A stretch of DNA of 64,000 nucleotides, taken from contig OZ037835.1 in the NCBI GenBank assembly GCA_964035575.1, positions 1,736,001-1,800,000 on the forward strand, given 5' to 3'. Shown here piece after piece: positions 1 to 12,130 of the stretch. The DNA is from Rhynchopus sp. YZ270_cl-10. Taxonomy: Eukaryota. The first letter of the stretch is position 1. The number at the start of each line of letters is the position of its first letter. Made by a program: the position numbers and the translations under genes. A model generated the notes under the pieces. That model was not told where the DNA came from. It did not search any database and saw only the letters and a program-made list of their open reading frames with translations.

Positions 1-462
1 AGTTTTCCCTTTCTTTTGTTTCAAACGTGCATTCAATTTGAATGCATATGTTGAAATACTTTTGTTTCCCAGCGTGCCTGCATCCGCCGATGAACGGTGA
101 GGCGTTTGCACTTTCAATTTCTCTTTGTTTTGTACTTACCTTCAGTTACCTTTACAAGGGGGTGAAGGAAGGTTGAGGAAAAGAGCAACACATATCAAAA
201 GCTTCATAAAAAACCCGATTCAAATTCCCCAGATTTTCCCTTTTTCTTGTTGTCTTTATGGATGTATGTTCCCAGCGAGGCTCTTTCATCTTTCTCGATA
301 TTTTCTTAAAAAACGGGTTTTTTTTGATTTCAACAAAATACCCTTTTATATATCCTCTCCCAACTCTCTAACATAAAAACGGAACGCAAAGTTTTATTTT
401 CCGCGCTTCTGTTATTGCACCTTACATTGTTTTTTCTTAGATGTGTATGCACACCATGCTTC

Positions 463-637
463 GTGGTCCGCCTGAGTTGAGACGGACTATGTCCTATGGC
501 GGACTTTGAAATTCCGTCTCAGCGCGGAGTTGAGACGTACCTGAGACGGACTCAGGTGGACTCGGGCCGAGTTCGGAGTCCGTCTCAACTCGGGCGGGAT
601 CTTGGTGGGATTTTTTTGGCGGACTCAGGCGGACCAC
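463..637. mobile_element. MITE-like element with 15-bp TIR and internal CGGACTCAG/CTGAGT-type repeats
   Basis: GTGGTCCGCCTGAGT at 463 and its reverse complement ACTCAGGCGGACCAC ending at 637; no clear TSD. Confidence 0.55.
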
Positions 638-934
638 ACAACCTTTTCTTTAGGTGACTAATCACATGAGATTTAGATTCATCGTATCAACGTTTCTTTT
701 GTGTACCAGATCGGCGTATTCACCTTTCGGGGGCTCCCTAAAACATGTTAAAAAATCGCAAAAAAGTTCAAAAAGTGTTTTTTACCTTTGCCAAAACTGA
801 GATACAAAGGGGAAAAAAATGTTTTTTCCCAGCAAAAACTGAGAAATAGCCGGGAAAAAAATGTTTTCGAATGTTTTAGGGACCCTCGGACTACGGACCC
901 TCCCGCCCCACTTTCCAGCTATTTTGACTTATAG

Positions 935-1085
935 AAAGGGACTCTCGCAAATTTTTTTTTCCGCCTATATAGGGCTAATTTCGACGATTTGAGGCCGTTA
1001 AAACCAGAATTTGACACTTTTGAGCATCTGTGGGGGTCTAAAACGTGGTTTCGCGCACCCGAAATTTCGTGGTTTTTACTTGGGA
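935..1085. repeat. Dispersed repeat; inverted copy at ~58390-58537
   Basis: GGGACTCTCG...GGGCTAATTTCGACGATTTGAGGCC...GAGCATCTGTGGGGGTCTAAAACG...CCCGAAATTTCGTGGTTTTTAC matches the reverse complement near 58.4 kb. Confidence 0.75.
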
Positions 1086-2892
1086 AAATGCCCATTTCAA
1101 CCCAAATTTTCGGTTTTTCTGGCCCGAAAGTCGAAAAAAAAAGCGCCGGGGGGCTTTGCCCCCCAAACCCCCCACTGGGGGGCGTAAAGCATACGCCCCC
1201 CAGACCCCCCTATGCAATTGAGGGCCTGCGGCGCAGTTCGGAGCTCTTGGTCATACCGAACTGGAATGTTAAATGTGGATGTTATTGTGCTTGCAGCGTT
1301 GTTCCTTGCCATCATGCGGCATCAGACCTCATGCAGCAGAACACTACGGTGTCCAGCATCGGCAGTGCGTACACATCGGTGAAGGATTTTATCGACGTGA
1401 CGTGGAACACGGACGACGTCTGGCATTTACGGGTTCAGTACAAGTGTGAGCAGTGCGAACGCACTAACGATTTTGCGACGAGGCGGCAGCGATACCTTTC
1501 TCCTCTTCCCGGTGCAGGGTGGATCCTTATTTTCGCTGAAAATCCGAGATTTTTTTTCGTTTTATTTTCCTCTCCTGTTTTTGAGATTTTCCCGCGCAGG
1601 CCTGACGCTAACTTTCGGGTTTTTAGGAAATCCTGGGGGGTTGATGGTTTGTCCGCGAGCGCAGCGAGTCGAAAAATTGAGTGACCGTCGGAAAAGAAAA
1701 CGAACAAGCAGGTTGGGACCTGTACTGAGGCAGAATAGTGGTGTTTTTTTACACATCTCATCTATCGCAGAACTAAACCCCAGGGAAATATAGGTTTTGG
1801 GGGTTTTCGCTGAAACTCGGTCATTACTCGGTCGAGCCCAACCCAGCTCGTTCGGGCCTCCGGCAGAACGTGAGAATTCCTCGATTATCCTACTGCGGAG
1901 TTCGACACTACATTGATATTTGCAATGGGCACACGCAGTATCAGTAATCTCAATACATTTACAAAAGAAACGGCGGTCATGGCACCCATGGCGAAGCAAC
2001 GGTACGCAACATTTCGAAAAATTGCGCTCAAATTGCACGTTTTTAGTGCCAAACTATGTCACGCGAAGGGTGGGTTGCAAGCTTGCGCCGAAGGCGTACG
2101 GTGCACTACTTTTATTCTCTCGCCATACTGCATGCTTCCTTTTCCTTCGGCGTTTGACCCCAATTAACTCGCGTTCTGTACTGCGCCCTCTGATAAGGGT
2201 AGTACTTTCTAGGAACATTCTGAAGTCTGTTTTTGACACACAATCGGGGTGGGTGGGCCATAATTTGCTCAACCAGTCGAAAATTGGGATTTTTCTGAAA
2301 TTTGCATTGTGCCCAGCAAAAATCGTTTTTTTGAAGAATTTTCCAAAAAATATGCTATACCCCCTATGACTGGACCCAACTCCCCTCACTATTTTTTCCC
2401 TCTTTTTTGACCCAGAAACCACGCGCTTTTTGAACCTTTTTATCCAAAATACTCCTTTTTAGGGAGCCCCCTTCGAGTTTATTTGTTTGTTTGTGTTGCA
2501 CAAGATGTGCCTGCCCGTGGGCTCCAAGTATGGCACACGATGCGTATTTATCTTTCAACTTTTTCTTTTATTTTTTTTGGCCTCAACGAGGTTTCCTCTT
2601 GGTAGTGGGAGCGTATTGCAGTAATAAAAAAATATCACCACAGAATATTTATTACCCACTTTACGCACAAAACAAAATCTGTGTGCTTTCTCATCTTTGA
2701 TTGAAGGTATAATGAAATTCAGTTTTTAGTTAAACATATTTGGCAAAATGCTCAAGACCCTCGTGAACAGTTGCACGTCTGCGTAGAAGCGAACAACAAA
2801 CAAACCTTATTTTGTCTTCTCTCCCGTTTTGTAGTCTTCGAGCAAACAAAGCAAAAGAGCAGCGAGTCTCTCCAGCATTATTAGTTTTTTTT

Positions 2893-3045
2893 ACGCACAC
2901 CAGTTTGTGAGCGGAAAAGTGTCACGTCGTTCACCCCAAACCGTGCTCTGCAACACCACCACCCAACAGGAGAAAGATAGGATGTGGAAGCGTCAACACA
3001 TCAAACAACAAGAAGGGGGGGTGAGGGAACGACAAGGTGACACTT
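2893..3045 (+). repeat. ~150-bp interspersed (SINE-like) repeat, copy 1 of 4 (others ~5045-5195, ~52466-52620, ~59105-59210)
   Basis: Shared core GAGCGGAAAGTG(T/C)CACGTCGTTCAC...CAACACC...GTGTGGAAGC in four same-strand copies. Confidence 0.8.
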
Positions 3046-3104
3046 TTTTTTTGGGGGGGAAATTTGCGACAATTTTTCACTCTCTGTGGTCCCAAGAGCC
3101 ACAA

Positions 3105-3290
3105 AGTGCCTGAATTGTCGCCCTAAAAAATAAGTTCAGACGTGCCCTAAAATAAGTTCAGGGTTGCCCTAAAAATAAGTTCAAACTTGCCCAAAAAAGT
3201 TCAGACATGCCCTAAAAAAAGTGTTTGCCCTAAAATAAGTTCAGACTTGCACTAAAAAAGTTTTTAGGGCAAATCTGAACTTTTTCAAAA
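3105..3290. repeat. Degenerate ~21-bp tandem repeat (GCCCTAAAAATAAGTTCAGAC) with an inverted terminal unit; probable TE subterminal array
   Basis: About 7 copies visible, followed by inverted TTTAGGGCAAATCTGAACT. Confidence 0.6.
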
Positions 3291-3824
3291 TAGGGTAGGG
3301 TAAATCTGACTATTCCCCTTTTTGTTTTTACAAAACTTCTTCTCGTTTTCCTTCTCGAATAAACTTCCCTCTACAATTCAATACAAAAATACAAAAAAAA
3401 AGAAGCGAAAGCGATTTTTTGCAGTTGAGCTTATCATTGTCGCTTTTTCGAATAACTTCAAAAAAATCACAAAATATCGCAAACCCTTGACTAACGAAGA
3501 AAGAAGTAGGAACTAGAACATGAAAAAGCGGTCTGCTTTGACCACAACACACTTCAGTGACAAGAACAAACTTTGTTGGTCATGAACGGGAAAAAAAGCA
3601 AAAATAAAAAAGGGAGAATTGTTTTGTGGAGCTTTATAGCTTAGCCTTGAGTAACACTAATACAACACCAAGTTTTCAAAATAAAATTCCTTCTTTTGTT
3701 TTCAATTTTCCTCAAATGGAGCTCAGCTGCCCCCCCACAAAAATGTGAAGATGTAAGGTTAGCTTTCATTTTTTTTTGTGAGCTGCGTGCATACCACTGG
3801 AGGGGGGGGCAGCGGTGACCCATT

Positions 3825-4041
3825 CACGGTGTCCTTGTTACCCCGGTAACAACTGACGGTAACATGTGTGGTATCCTGTGGTTACTTTGGCAACATGTGT
3901 TTTTCAGGTAACAACCAATGATTGTTACCCGTAACAAGGCATGTAGCAACGTGGTTTCATTTTCAATTTGGCTGTGAAATACCATGGTACTGTACCACAG
4001 ATGATACCGTCGGTTGTTACCGGGGTAACAAGACCACCGTG
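3825..4041. mobile_element. MITE with ~37-bp imperfect TIR, CAC...GTG ends, possible 2-bp TSD (TT)
   Basis: CACGGTGTCCTTGTTACCCCGGTAACAACTGACGGTA versus TACCGTCGGTTGTTACCGGGGTAACAAGACCACCGTG. Confidence 0.75.
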
Positions 4042-5479
4042 TTCTTGTCTTCACGACGGCGAAGTAAATTACTGTGGTTTTACTTATTTCATCGTTTGGC
4101 TTACAACAGTGAAACCCCAACGTGAAACCACAGATCAAACAATTTTTAGTTCACCATCGTGTATGTTGACCTGCCCTTCGCAAAAATATACATAGCGACC
4201 ATCACCTCCAATTTCCACCTCCCAAAAAAAAACAACATGACTTAAGCACTCTTGAGGCTTACCCTTCTTACCCCTCGTATCTTCTTTACTATTTTCTTTT
4301 TTGTTTTGAACATATTTTTGGTCGCTGTTGTGAGGCGCCAGTGTTCTCATCATCTTGTTTTTTTGTTTGTTTTTCTTCTTTTCGAACGTTCCGTTGTACT
4401 TTTTCTCTTTTAGAAAAGTATACGAACCAAAGTTCTTTCGTTTCCCCACCCCTATTCCCATTGGATACGGAGTGCCTTTTGTTTTAAATAAAAAGTAATT
4501 TATTGCTTTTATCTATTCAAAAAAAAATATTTATTTATCAAAAACCCCTATTCCTCATTGTATGAAGGCGTTTCCTCTGTTAGGTCTTCATATTTGTTTC
4601 CAGTGCCTACGTAAGATGTTCGGTGAGGCGTTAGCACTTTTTAACTTCTCTTTATTGATGTTATGGGAAATCAGTCAACGACCTGTCAGTATGTCGACCC
4701 CTCCCGGAGCACCATTTATTTTAACTGAGCAAGAGGAGATAGGGCGGTACAAAGAAGTACAGAATGGAAAAAAAAAGGGAGGGTTATCTGATCTTTCTTC
4801 GTTGCACTGACCTGAAGGTTGGTTGTGATGCATATCTAGGTCTTGGTGCCATTGTTACACACAGCAAGATTGCTGAATTTACGGGTTTGTCCTATTAAAG
4901 GGCAAAAAGCGGAAAGTCTTTGGTTTCTCGTTTCAAGGGCATTCCTAAAATTCCAAAACTTCAAAATTCCAAAAGATTAGTATTTTTCAGTTCCGCCCTT
5001 TGGATGCTTTGACAAAAAAATAGAGGGATTGTTCTTTTTAAAACGCACACTACTTTGTGAGCGGAAAGTGTCACGTCGTTCACTCCCAAAACCCGCGCTC
5101 CGCAACACCCAACAAGATGAGATAGTGTGGAAGCAGCAACGCATCAAACAACTACAAGAAGGTGGGGTGAGGGAAGTGGACGGCAAGTGACCACTCTTTC
5201 TCTTTCTCTCTCTCTCTTTTTTTTTTTTGAAAATATTTTTGTTGCTCTCTTTTTTTTCTTTCTTTGAAGATGAGTGTTTGCATGAGCGCATTGCATCTTT
5301 GGAGTTTTGCTTTTTTCTTTTTTTCTTTTTCTCTCTCTTTTTTGCTTTTATTCTTCCCTCTCTCATTTCTTCATCAACCTTGGTTTGAGCAGTTTTTCTG
5401 CGTATTAAGGGGAGTCAGTTGATAGAAAAAGAAAGTAAAAATTTCACCCATCTTCACCATCAGCACTTCCTTGATCCCC

Positions 5480-5963
5480 TCAACTCAAGAAAAGTGCCCT
5501 TCACATCCGTTTTTCGCACACAACATATCTTGTGCACTCACCCCTCGCTTCACCAACCAGTACAAATCAAATTGGCTGTGAGCTTCAGCAGCTGACGCCG
5601 GTTCATGTTCTGATGCGCTTTGGATGTCTTTACAATCATCCCGGTTCCGCTGTTCCGTGTCCTCTCTGCCTCCACAGCTGCCACGTGGCTCGCAGTTTTC
5701 GCGTGTTCAGGGCACTTCTTTTTTGTGATTCGTGTCACATCACAACATGGGATTTCGAAAAACGAGCCATCTGCATCAGGACGCTTCGCACTGATAGCCA
5801 GCGCAAGATGCTTCTTGCACAACCTGCACCAGTACCTTCTCTTTGATGCGAAGACCCACTCGTACTTCTGAGCGGCGTTCAGGAACCTTTGCTGCTCAGA
5901 GACTGCCAACTTATTGGGGGTGTCGTATTCCGTGGGTTCTTCTGAGCTCTCGCTGTCTGCCAC
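5480..5963 (-). pseudogene. Truncated N-terminus of a DNA transposase-like protein with TTF-type zinc finger
   Basis: ORF 5963-5550: YEWVF...YWCRLCKK...EHAKTASH (W..CxxC...HxxxxxH), typical of ZnF_TTF at the N-terminus of hAT-related transposases; the frame ends after 137 aa. Confidence 0.5.
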
Positions 5964-6235
5964 CTACATTTGTCTACACAACTTCTGCAGCTTTTCTGCA
6001 CAATATGATGCTGTGTATAGAGAGAGGTAGCCTTACTCACTCTGTGTGGCGGTTTAAATAAAAAGTTCTTGGGTTTCCTTGGGTGGCGTTTTAGTCCGTG
6101 AATTTCTGCGTCTGTCAGTATATTCTACGCACCTCCCCCCGTAAACCTCATCCAGGGTTGTGAGTTCCTCGAGGGTCCGCCTGCTATCCAAAAATATCCC
6201 CCCTCATCAGACACCCCTCACCCCCCTCTTGCACA

Positions 6236-8473
6236 ATGCCCACCGGTACCGTGCACTACGAGGTGCGACCATGCGACACCTCACACATTGCCGTACTCAC
6301 AATGGACAAGACACCGACCAACCCGCTTTCTGCTTTGGTACGTGCAGGGCTGAGAGAAGGGATGACCCGCGCATTGGCCGACCACACTGTGCATGGCGTC
6401 GTGGTATGCGGGGCGCACGGCACCTTCAGCAGCGGGGCAGACTTTACAGAATTTGGCGACGGCCACGTCCCCGACCTTTCTGTGCTGCACACCATTGAGC
6501 GGAGCAGCAAGCCTGTTGTTGCCGCAATTTCAGGTCTTGCCTCGGGTGGTGGATACGAGCTGGCCCTCAGTTGCCACCACCGGATCGCCTCCCCCACCTC
6601 TTCTATATCGCTCCCGGAGGTCCACTTTGGGATCATCCCTGGAGCTGGCGGGACACAACGCTTACCGCACCTCGTCGGGCCTACTCATGCAATCGAAATT
6701 CTCTGTTCTGGACAAACCTATTCTGCGCACCATGCATTGCAACTCAAAATGATTGATGAAATTGAAACAAACGTTTTGGATGTTGCAATTCATCGCTGTG
6801 CGTCAATTCGGGGAAGGGAGAGAAGACGAAGGGGGGTATATGAGAAAATTGTATTTGATGAAGCAAAAAAAAAGTGGTCGAAGGTACGAAGAGGAGAGAA
6901 CGCACCTATGGCGATAATACGGTGTGTCGAAGCAGCGTGTCGTGGCGGAGATGGGATGGCAGTGGAACAGCGTGAGTTTGCAGCTCTCATCACCTCCCCG
7001 CAGGCTGCAGCTGTACAGCATGCAGGGTTCTCCGAGAAGGTCTGCTGGAGGGTTCCTGGCATTCAAAAAAAACATACCCCAAATACACTTCATACCATCG
7101 GTATCATCGGTGCAACCTACATAGGTGCACACCTCTCCATAGCCTGCGCCAAAGCAGGGTTTAAGGTACATCTTTTCGATGCTAATGAGGAATTTCTTGA
7201 AAATGCGGATTATCATCAAATCAAATCTTCAAATAAATTTAGCATCACGCCATCCAAGGATTACTCTGCCTTTGCGAACTGCGACTTGGTGATTGAGGCG
7301 GGGTGTTCTGAGGTTGGGAGGACGGAGATGTTTTCTTCTTTGCATGAAATTTGCAAACCAAGCTGTATTTTTGCAATAAATACCGGGAGGGTGGATGATG
7401 TAGCGCAAGGAACGTCACGTCGTAGAGAAATAATAGGAAGCCGTGTCTTTGGTTTGTGGGGTGAGAACCATACCCCATTGTTAGAAAATATCCGTGGGGT
7501 GGCAACCTCTGATGAAACGATTGTGACAGTTATGGAGTTCGGTCGACGTATTCAATTTATGTGCATTCTGTCTAACGGAAGCAGCTTTGTTACAGACCGA
7601 ATGCTGGCACGCCAAGGACACAGTCTGCTCCATCAAGGCTTCCTCCCTCATGAAATCGATTCTGTTGCAGAAACGTTTGGTGCAGAACTCGGTCCATTCC
7701 GCATGAGGGATCTCTCGAGGTTACCCTCAGATTCTTCTGATATCGGGCTTCTTGGTGAGGAAAGTTGCGGTTTTTATGAAAAAAGGGGTAAGGGCGAGAC
7801 TACTCCCAAGGTGGTGTCGGTGCTGCAAGGTGTGTGGAAGGAGGCAAAGGTGGTGCGGCCGGACCTAACGAAGGAGGAGGTGCTTCAGAGAATCCACTTC
7901 CCGGCAATCAACGAAGGGTTTCGGATGCTGGAGGGGGGTGTCGTGTCGCGTGTGTCCGACCTTGATGTAGCTGCGGTGCACGGTGCAGGGTTCCCCAGAT
8001 GGCATGGTGGGCCGATGATGGTATGTTACACTGTGGCCTTCAAGAAAAGAGGGTTTATGATTTTGTCGCGAGACAGATTTTTCATATTCTGTTGCATCGA
8101 ACAAAAAACAACCTTATTTTCCCCTAGTCGCATACGCGAGTTTTCTTGGAACCGCAGGAAAAAGACTGGGGGGGTGTTGGTTGTGACTCCACACCCGTAG
8201 AGTGCCTCACAAAAACCTCAAATTTATTCTCCTTTGTTTTTTATTTATCGTCACGCTTTATCATTGTTGGGTTTGAGAGATAAAACACCTTTTGTTGTCC
8301 CCCTCCCTGTACAGTATGCTGATGTGGTTGGACTGGGGAGCGTTGTAGACGGCCTCCTTGCGATGGGGGAGGAACCCGCACCCCTTCTGCAGAAGCTGGC
8401 TACGGAGAAGCGCAGTGTGGTGGCCTGGGGCAGAGGGCGAGAGCGCGCGCTATCCCGGAAGGCAAGACTTTAG
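6236..8473 (+). CDS. EHHADH: Peroxisomal bifunctional enoyl-CoA hydratase / 3-hydroxyacyl-CoA dehydrogenase-like protein; join(6236..8020,8315..8473), ~647 aa
   Basis: Crotonase motifs FSSGADF, GGGYELAL, LPEVHFGIIPGAGGTQRLP; HACD-like C-half (CDLVIEA, GFPRWHGGPM). A phase-0 intron GTATGT(8021)...CCCTGTACAG(8314) restores the conserved GGPMMYAD, and the protein ends in PTS1 -ARL. Confidence 0.9.
8021..8314 (+). other. 294-nt GT-AG cis-spliced intron
   Basis: Donor GTATGT, pyrimidine tract and ACAG acceptor; removal joins two homologous frames. Confidence 0.85.
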
Positions 8474-8479
8474 GGCTGT

Positions 8480-8830
8480 CTACCAAAGGAACCCTTCCCA
8501 AAAAAAAATTTTTTGGCACCTCGCGATGTGTTGTATGTCGACAGCTCGAGGTCGACTTCGAATTGACACAAAAGGTCTTCTATTCGTCGAGAAGAGGACC
8601 TCAACCATCCGTGTGTGTGTGTGATACCAAAGGCTCTTCGTCAAAAAAAAAGCTTGCGTGCGAGCAATAACAGTGTTCCCTCGCGCGCATTGGTTAGGGT
8701 TCAGCAAACGCCCAGTGTTGTGTTCCAGAATGTGTCGTTCTTGGGGATTTAAGTCAATGTAATCGCGATCCTTCCCAATCAGGATGCTGTGTGTGTGGCA
8801 GTGTCCCTGTCAGCAACTTTGTGCCCTGTG
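8480..8830 (+). mobile_element. Degenerate fragment of the non-LTR retrotransposon seen at 10.76-12.13 kb
   Basis: GGTCGACTTCGAATTG...AAGGCTCTTCGTCAA...CGCCCAGTGTTGTG aligns by eye to 11660-11990. Confidence 0.7.
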
Positions 8831-9251
8831 TACAAAGGCGTTTGCAATCTATACTATCAAATTCAATTTCTTTCGTTTTATCATCAAAAAATGCGTGGAA
8901 CTCACACGAAAAAAGCGAGGTGAGGTAGTGTTATCAATTCAATTATTCAAAAAAAATAAAAAAATAAAAAAAAATAATCTTCATATACATAGCGCTCTAA
9001 TTAGAGTATTAGGGTATAATTAGAGTCTGGGATTTTGGGCCAAGTCAGTTAGAGTCCAGTTAGAGTATAATTAGAGTCGCTTTTCTTCAATTAGACTATA
9101 ATTAGAGTGCAGTTAGAGCATAATTAGACTCTAACTACACTCTAATTATAGTCTAATTAGAGTAAAACAACAGGCTTCTTGTAGGTGCAAACGCCGTAAG
9201 GAACCGGTTCCCCTAAGGTTCCTCTGTAGGACCCAGGTGCCCAGATACCCA

Positions 9252-9437
9252 CATAGCTGAAAATAAGACTTGGGGAACCAAGTTCTCAGCCGGACTGGGA
9301 CACAATATGTGAAGGCGCTGTGGTCCGCCTGAAAGCGGGTCGGGGACCCGGTCGCGGGAGGGTGGGGGCCTAGTCCTAGTCCTACTGTACCTAGTACCCA
9401 GTACCGGGACTCGGGACCCGGCTTATTCTCAGCTATG
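9252..9437. mobile_element. Nested MITE inside the 8985-10197 element
   Basis: TIR CATAGCTGA(A/G)AATAAG; flanks GATACCCA / GGTACCCA (8-bp TSD with 1 mismatch). Confidence 0.65.
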
Positions 9438-9787
9438 GGTACCCAGGTACTCAGACCCGCGCAGTGGCACATGCCCTCAAGTGTGAGTGCCCCATACATT
9501 AGGGAATGCGATGCAAAAACTCTATGTGCACCTCCGGTGCAACGCCGCAGACAGGCCAAGCAGCGTTGGACTCAGAGGAATGCCTGCTGTGCAGGTATCA
9601 AACATGAGAAACTCCCAGCAACAAGGGGCGCCTTTTGGCGGGCATTGTTGAAGGTGTTTGGGGTGCAAAATTTTCTACAAATGTTGATGCGCGGGTACAG
9701 AAGTGGTGTCTTGTTCTTTCATCTGTAGGAATGTAAATATCAATCGAATTTAACTACCACTAAGGGGTCGAAGGGGTAATCCCAGTA

Positions 9788-10040
9788 ACAAAACAACACT
9801 GCCCCATACACACTAAATAGCCATGCTTCAAGTGCATGCCCCTGGGCCAAAATTCCTGTGCTAAAAAGGCAACAAGACCATCCACAAGGAGTGTGAATTG
9901 TGCACTGGTTTTCTGGGGGAACAAACAATATTTTCTTGTGTCTGGTTCTCTGCAAGCAGAGAACAGACTTTCTGGATTACAAAGTCGAATTTCTTGCACT
10001 AGCTATGCCCCCTGGGTTGATGGCTATAGCATTGATTGAT
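9788..10040. repeat. Dispersed ~250-bp repeat; other copies ~53915-54130 and partial ~57705-57830
   Basis: CAAAACAACAC...GCCATGCTTCAAG(T/A)GCATGCC in all three; GTCGAATTTCTTGCACTAGCTATGC in the two longer copies. Confidence 0.75.
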
Positions 10041-10604
10041 GTGCCCCTCTTTATTGACCCTCTTATAGGACTCTAATTAGACTCTAATTAGAGTCCAGTT
10101 AGAGTATTAGAGTTCAGTTAGAGTTTTAAAGACTCTAATTATACTCGAACTGCCGACTCTAATTATCTAGTTAGAGTCTAATTGGAGCGCTATGTATATC
10201 TTCATCATATCTTTTCCCCAATGTGCACAATAGGTGTACAACTGTTTTGTTTGTTTGTTTCACTGCAGAGGTTCGTTATATGACCACGATACACAGAGCA
10301 CAGCCCTTTGTTTTGTTATAATGCAAGCATCTGCTGGTGTCCGCTCGAGGCGTGTGCACACTCAACTTATTTTTTTACCCCCCCTCCAAATCAAGCATTG
10401 CACAAAGTCTGTCAGTGCCTGCGTCCCTGAGGCGTTTGCACTATCAACTTCACTTTTATTTTCATTTCATTTCAGTGCCCTGCGTCCGGTGAACGGTGGG
10501 GCGTAGTGCACCCCCAACTTCTCTTTTATTGTGTAATGTTGTTGGCTGACTCGAAGAACATCGAGCGCCCACCACAGTATCCCCCCCCAGCCTAGTTTTC
10601 GAGT

Positions 10605-10745
10605 GCGCAACGTTTCCCCATGACTGCACGGGAAACAATATGACAAAACAGGTGCAGGGTGGTTCCGTGCATATCATAGAACCTGGCACCTTGTGTGTCT
10701 CCCGAAAACAAAAAAAGCGTGTGTGAAGTTTTGAAGGAAGGAAAA
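10605..10745 (+). repeat. Dispersed repeat, second copy ~34510-34640
   Basis: TGCACGGGAAACAA...ACAGGTGCAGGGTGGTTCCGTGC...ATCATAGAACCTGGCACCTTGTGTGTCTCCC shared. Confidence 0.8.
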
Positions 10746-10759
10746 GGTAAAACTCATTT

Positions 10760-12130
10760 GTTGCCGCCAGTGTGGAACGCAACGACGCCATACGCCAGAG
10801 GTGCATGAAAATCAGAGAGAGGTACGAGACCCTGGCCGCAAAGGGTACACCTATGCATGCAGTTGGTCCAGTGGGGACTGTCCTCGCCGCCTCCCGCAGA
10901 TGTGGCGTGAGCTGGGACCCTGAGATGAAGGCAGTGACGTCTACGTCTGCAACCACGAAGACTACCCCCATCATCGATACAGACAAAGCCAAGAGGGCCC
11001 ATGAAGTGCGAGTTCTGGCGCGTACGGCGGTCTGGGATGATCTGCAGAGTAAACGCCCTACGTACGACGGCATAAACGACGGCATTGACACCCGAGCCAC
11101 CAATGCCCTGTGGCGCAATCTACAATACCACGACCCCCTCAAGGCTTTCCGGATGCGACGTGTTCTGTGTGGCGGAATCCTCTTCTGCCATCCAGCAGGG
11201 CTCAAACGCAGTGGCTTCCCCGAGGCGGACTTCAGCGATAAATGCCCCTTATGCCTCGTCCAGGTTACATGCCACACACGCCACCTACTGTGGCACTGCA
11301 GCATAGTGCACACACCAGCGTTCACTACCCTACATGAGTCGGCCATCAGCCTCTATGGCAAAGGGCTTCCCACCTGCTTTGTGCTGCACGGCATTGTACC
11401 CTCCAATGTGAGCAAGGTAACGGTGAAGGCGGTACAGTCTCTTCTCCTCGATGCCGTCACCACGATCGACACAACCCTCTCAAAAGCTGTGGATGTGGCC
11501 CCGGCTGTACATCCTTGGGATCTCACATTTGCTGCCTCCAAACGGGATACCCCCTTCCGCACATATCTGACCAAGCTGCAACCTAGTTTTTCCTCCACCT
11601 ATAGGGAGGCGTTCACTTTGAAAGCTTTCCTGTGGTGGGTGATTACGCTCGAGTGGAGCAAAGAACCCCGCGACGTGTCGTGTGTCGAGCTCGCGGTCGA
11701 CTTCGAATTGCGCACAAGGGTCTTCCTCGCCAAACAGACCTCTAATATCCGCGAGCGTGGGCGGGCCATGCAAAGGCTCATCGTCAAGACCAACATGCGG
11801 GCTTTAACAGCGAAACTCCGCCGCGCCCCATTCCCTGGTGTGAAAAAGGATCGTGTGCACTCCCTCCGTTCCGTCGGCGCCCCAGCGCTCATTGGATTCA
11901 GCAGACGCCCAGTGTTGTGTGCTAAAACACGTGCTTTTCTTGAATCTTTAAATCATGTTGTCCCCCCTTCCCGGTCAGGGTGGGGTAATGAATGTATACC
12001 TGCTTACAGCTTCCCTGTAAACCAATCCCAAGCGCAACACTCCGGGGTTCGATAACCCACGGAGTGCCAGTGCCTGCGTCCCAGAGGCGTTTGCACTATC
12101 AACTTCACTTTGTTGTGAGGCATCTTGCAT
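10760..12130 (+). mobile_element. 5'-truncated non-LTR retrotransposon (ORF 10772-12055, C-terminal CCHC zinc knuckle region, plus 3' UTR)
   Basis: CPLCLVQVTCHTRHLLWHC (Cx2C...Hx4C, zf-RVT-like knuckle found downstream of RT in LINEs); no ATG-defined 5' end; the 3' end recurs at ~49850-49985. Confidence 0.7.

Larger units (their letters stand above)
8985..10197. mobile_element. Non-autonomous TIR element (hAT-type 8-bp TSD ATCTTCAT) with subterminal AATTAGAGT arrays
   Basis: TIR ATACATAGCGCTC(T/C)AATTAGA at both ends; ATCTTCAT at 8977-8984 and 10198-10205. Confidence 0.85.

Noticed and set aside
12040..12066. tRNA suggested by GGTTCGA
   Set aside because: Simple hairpin with no cloverleaf; part of the LINE 3' end
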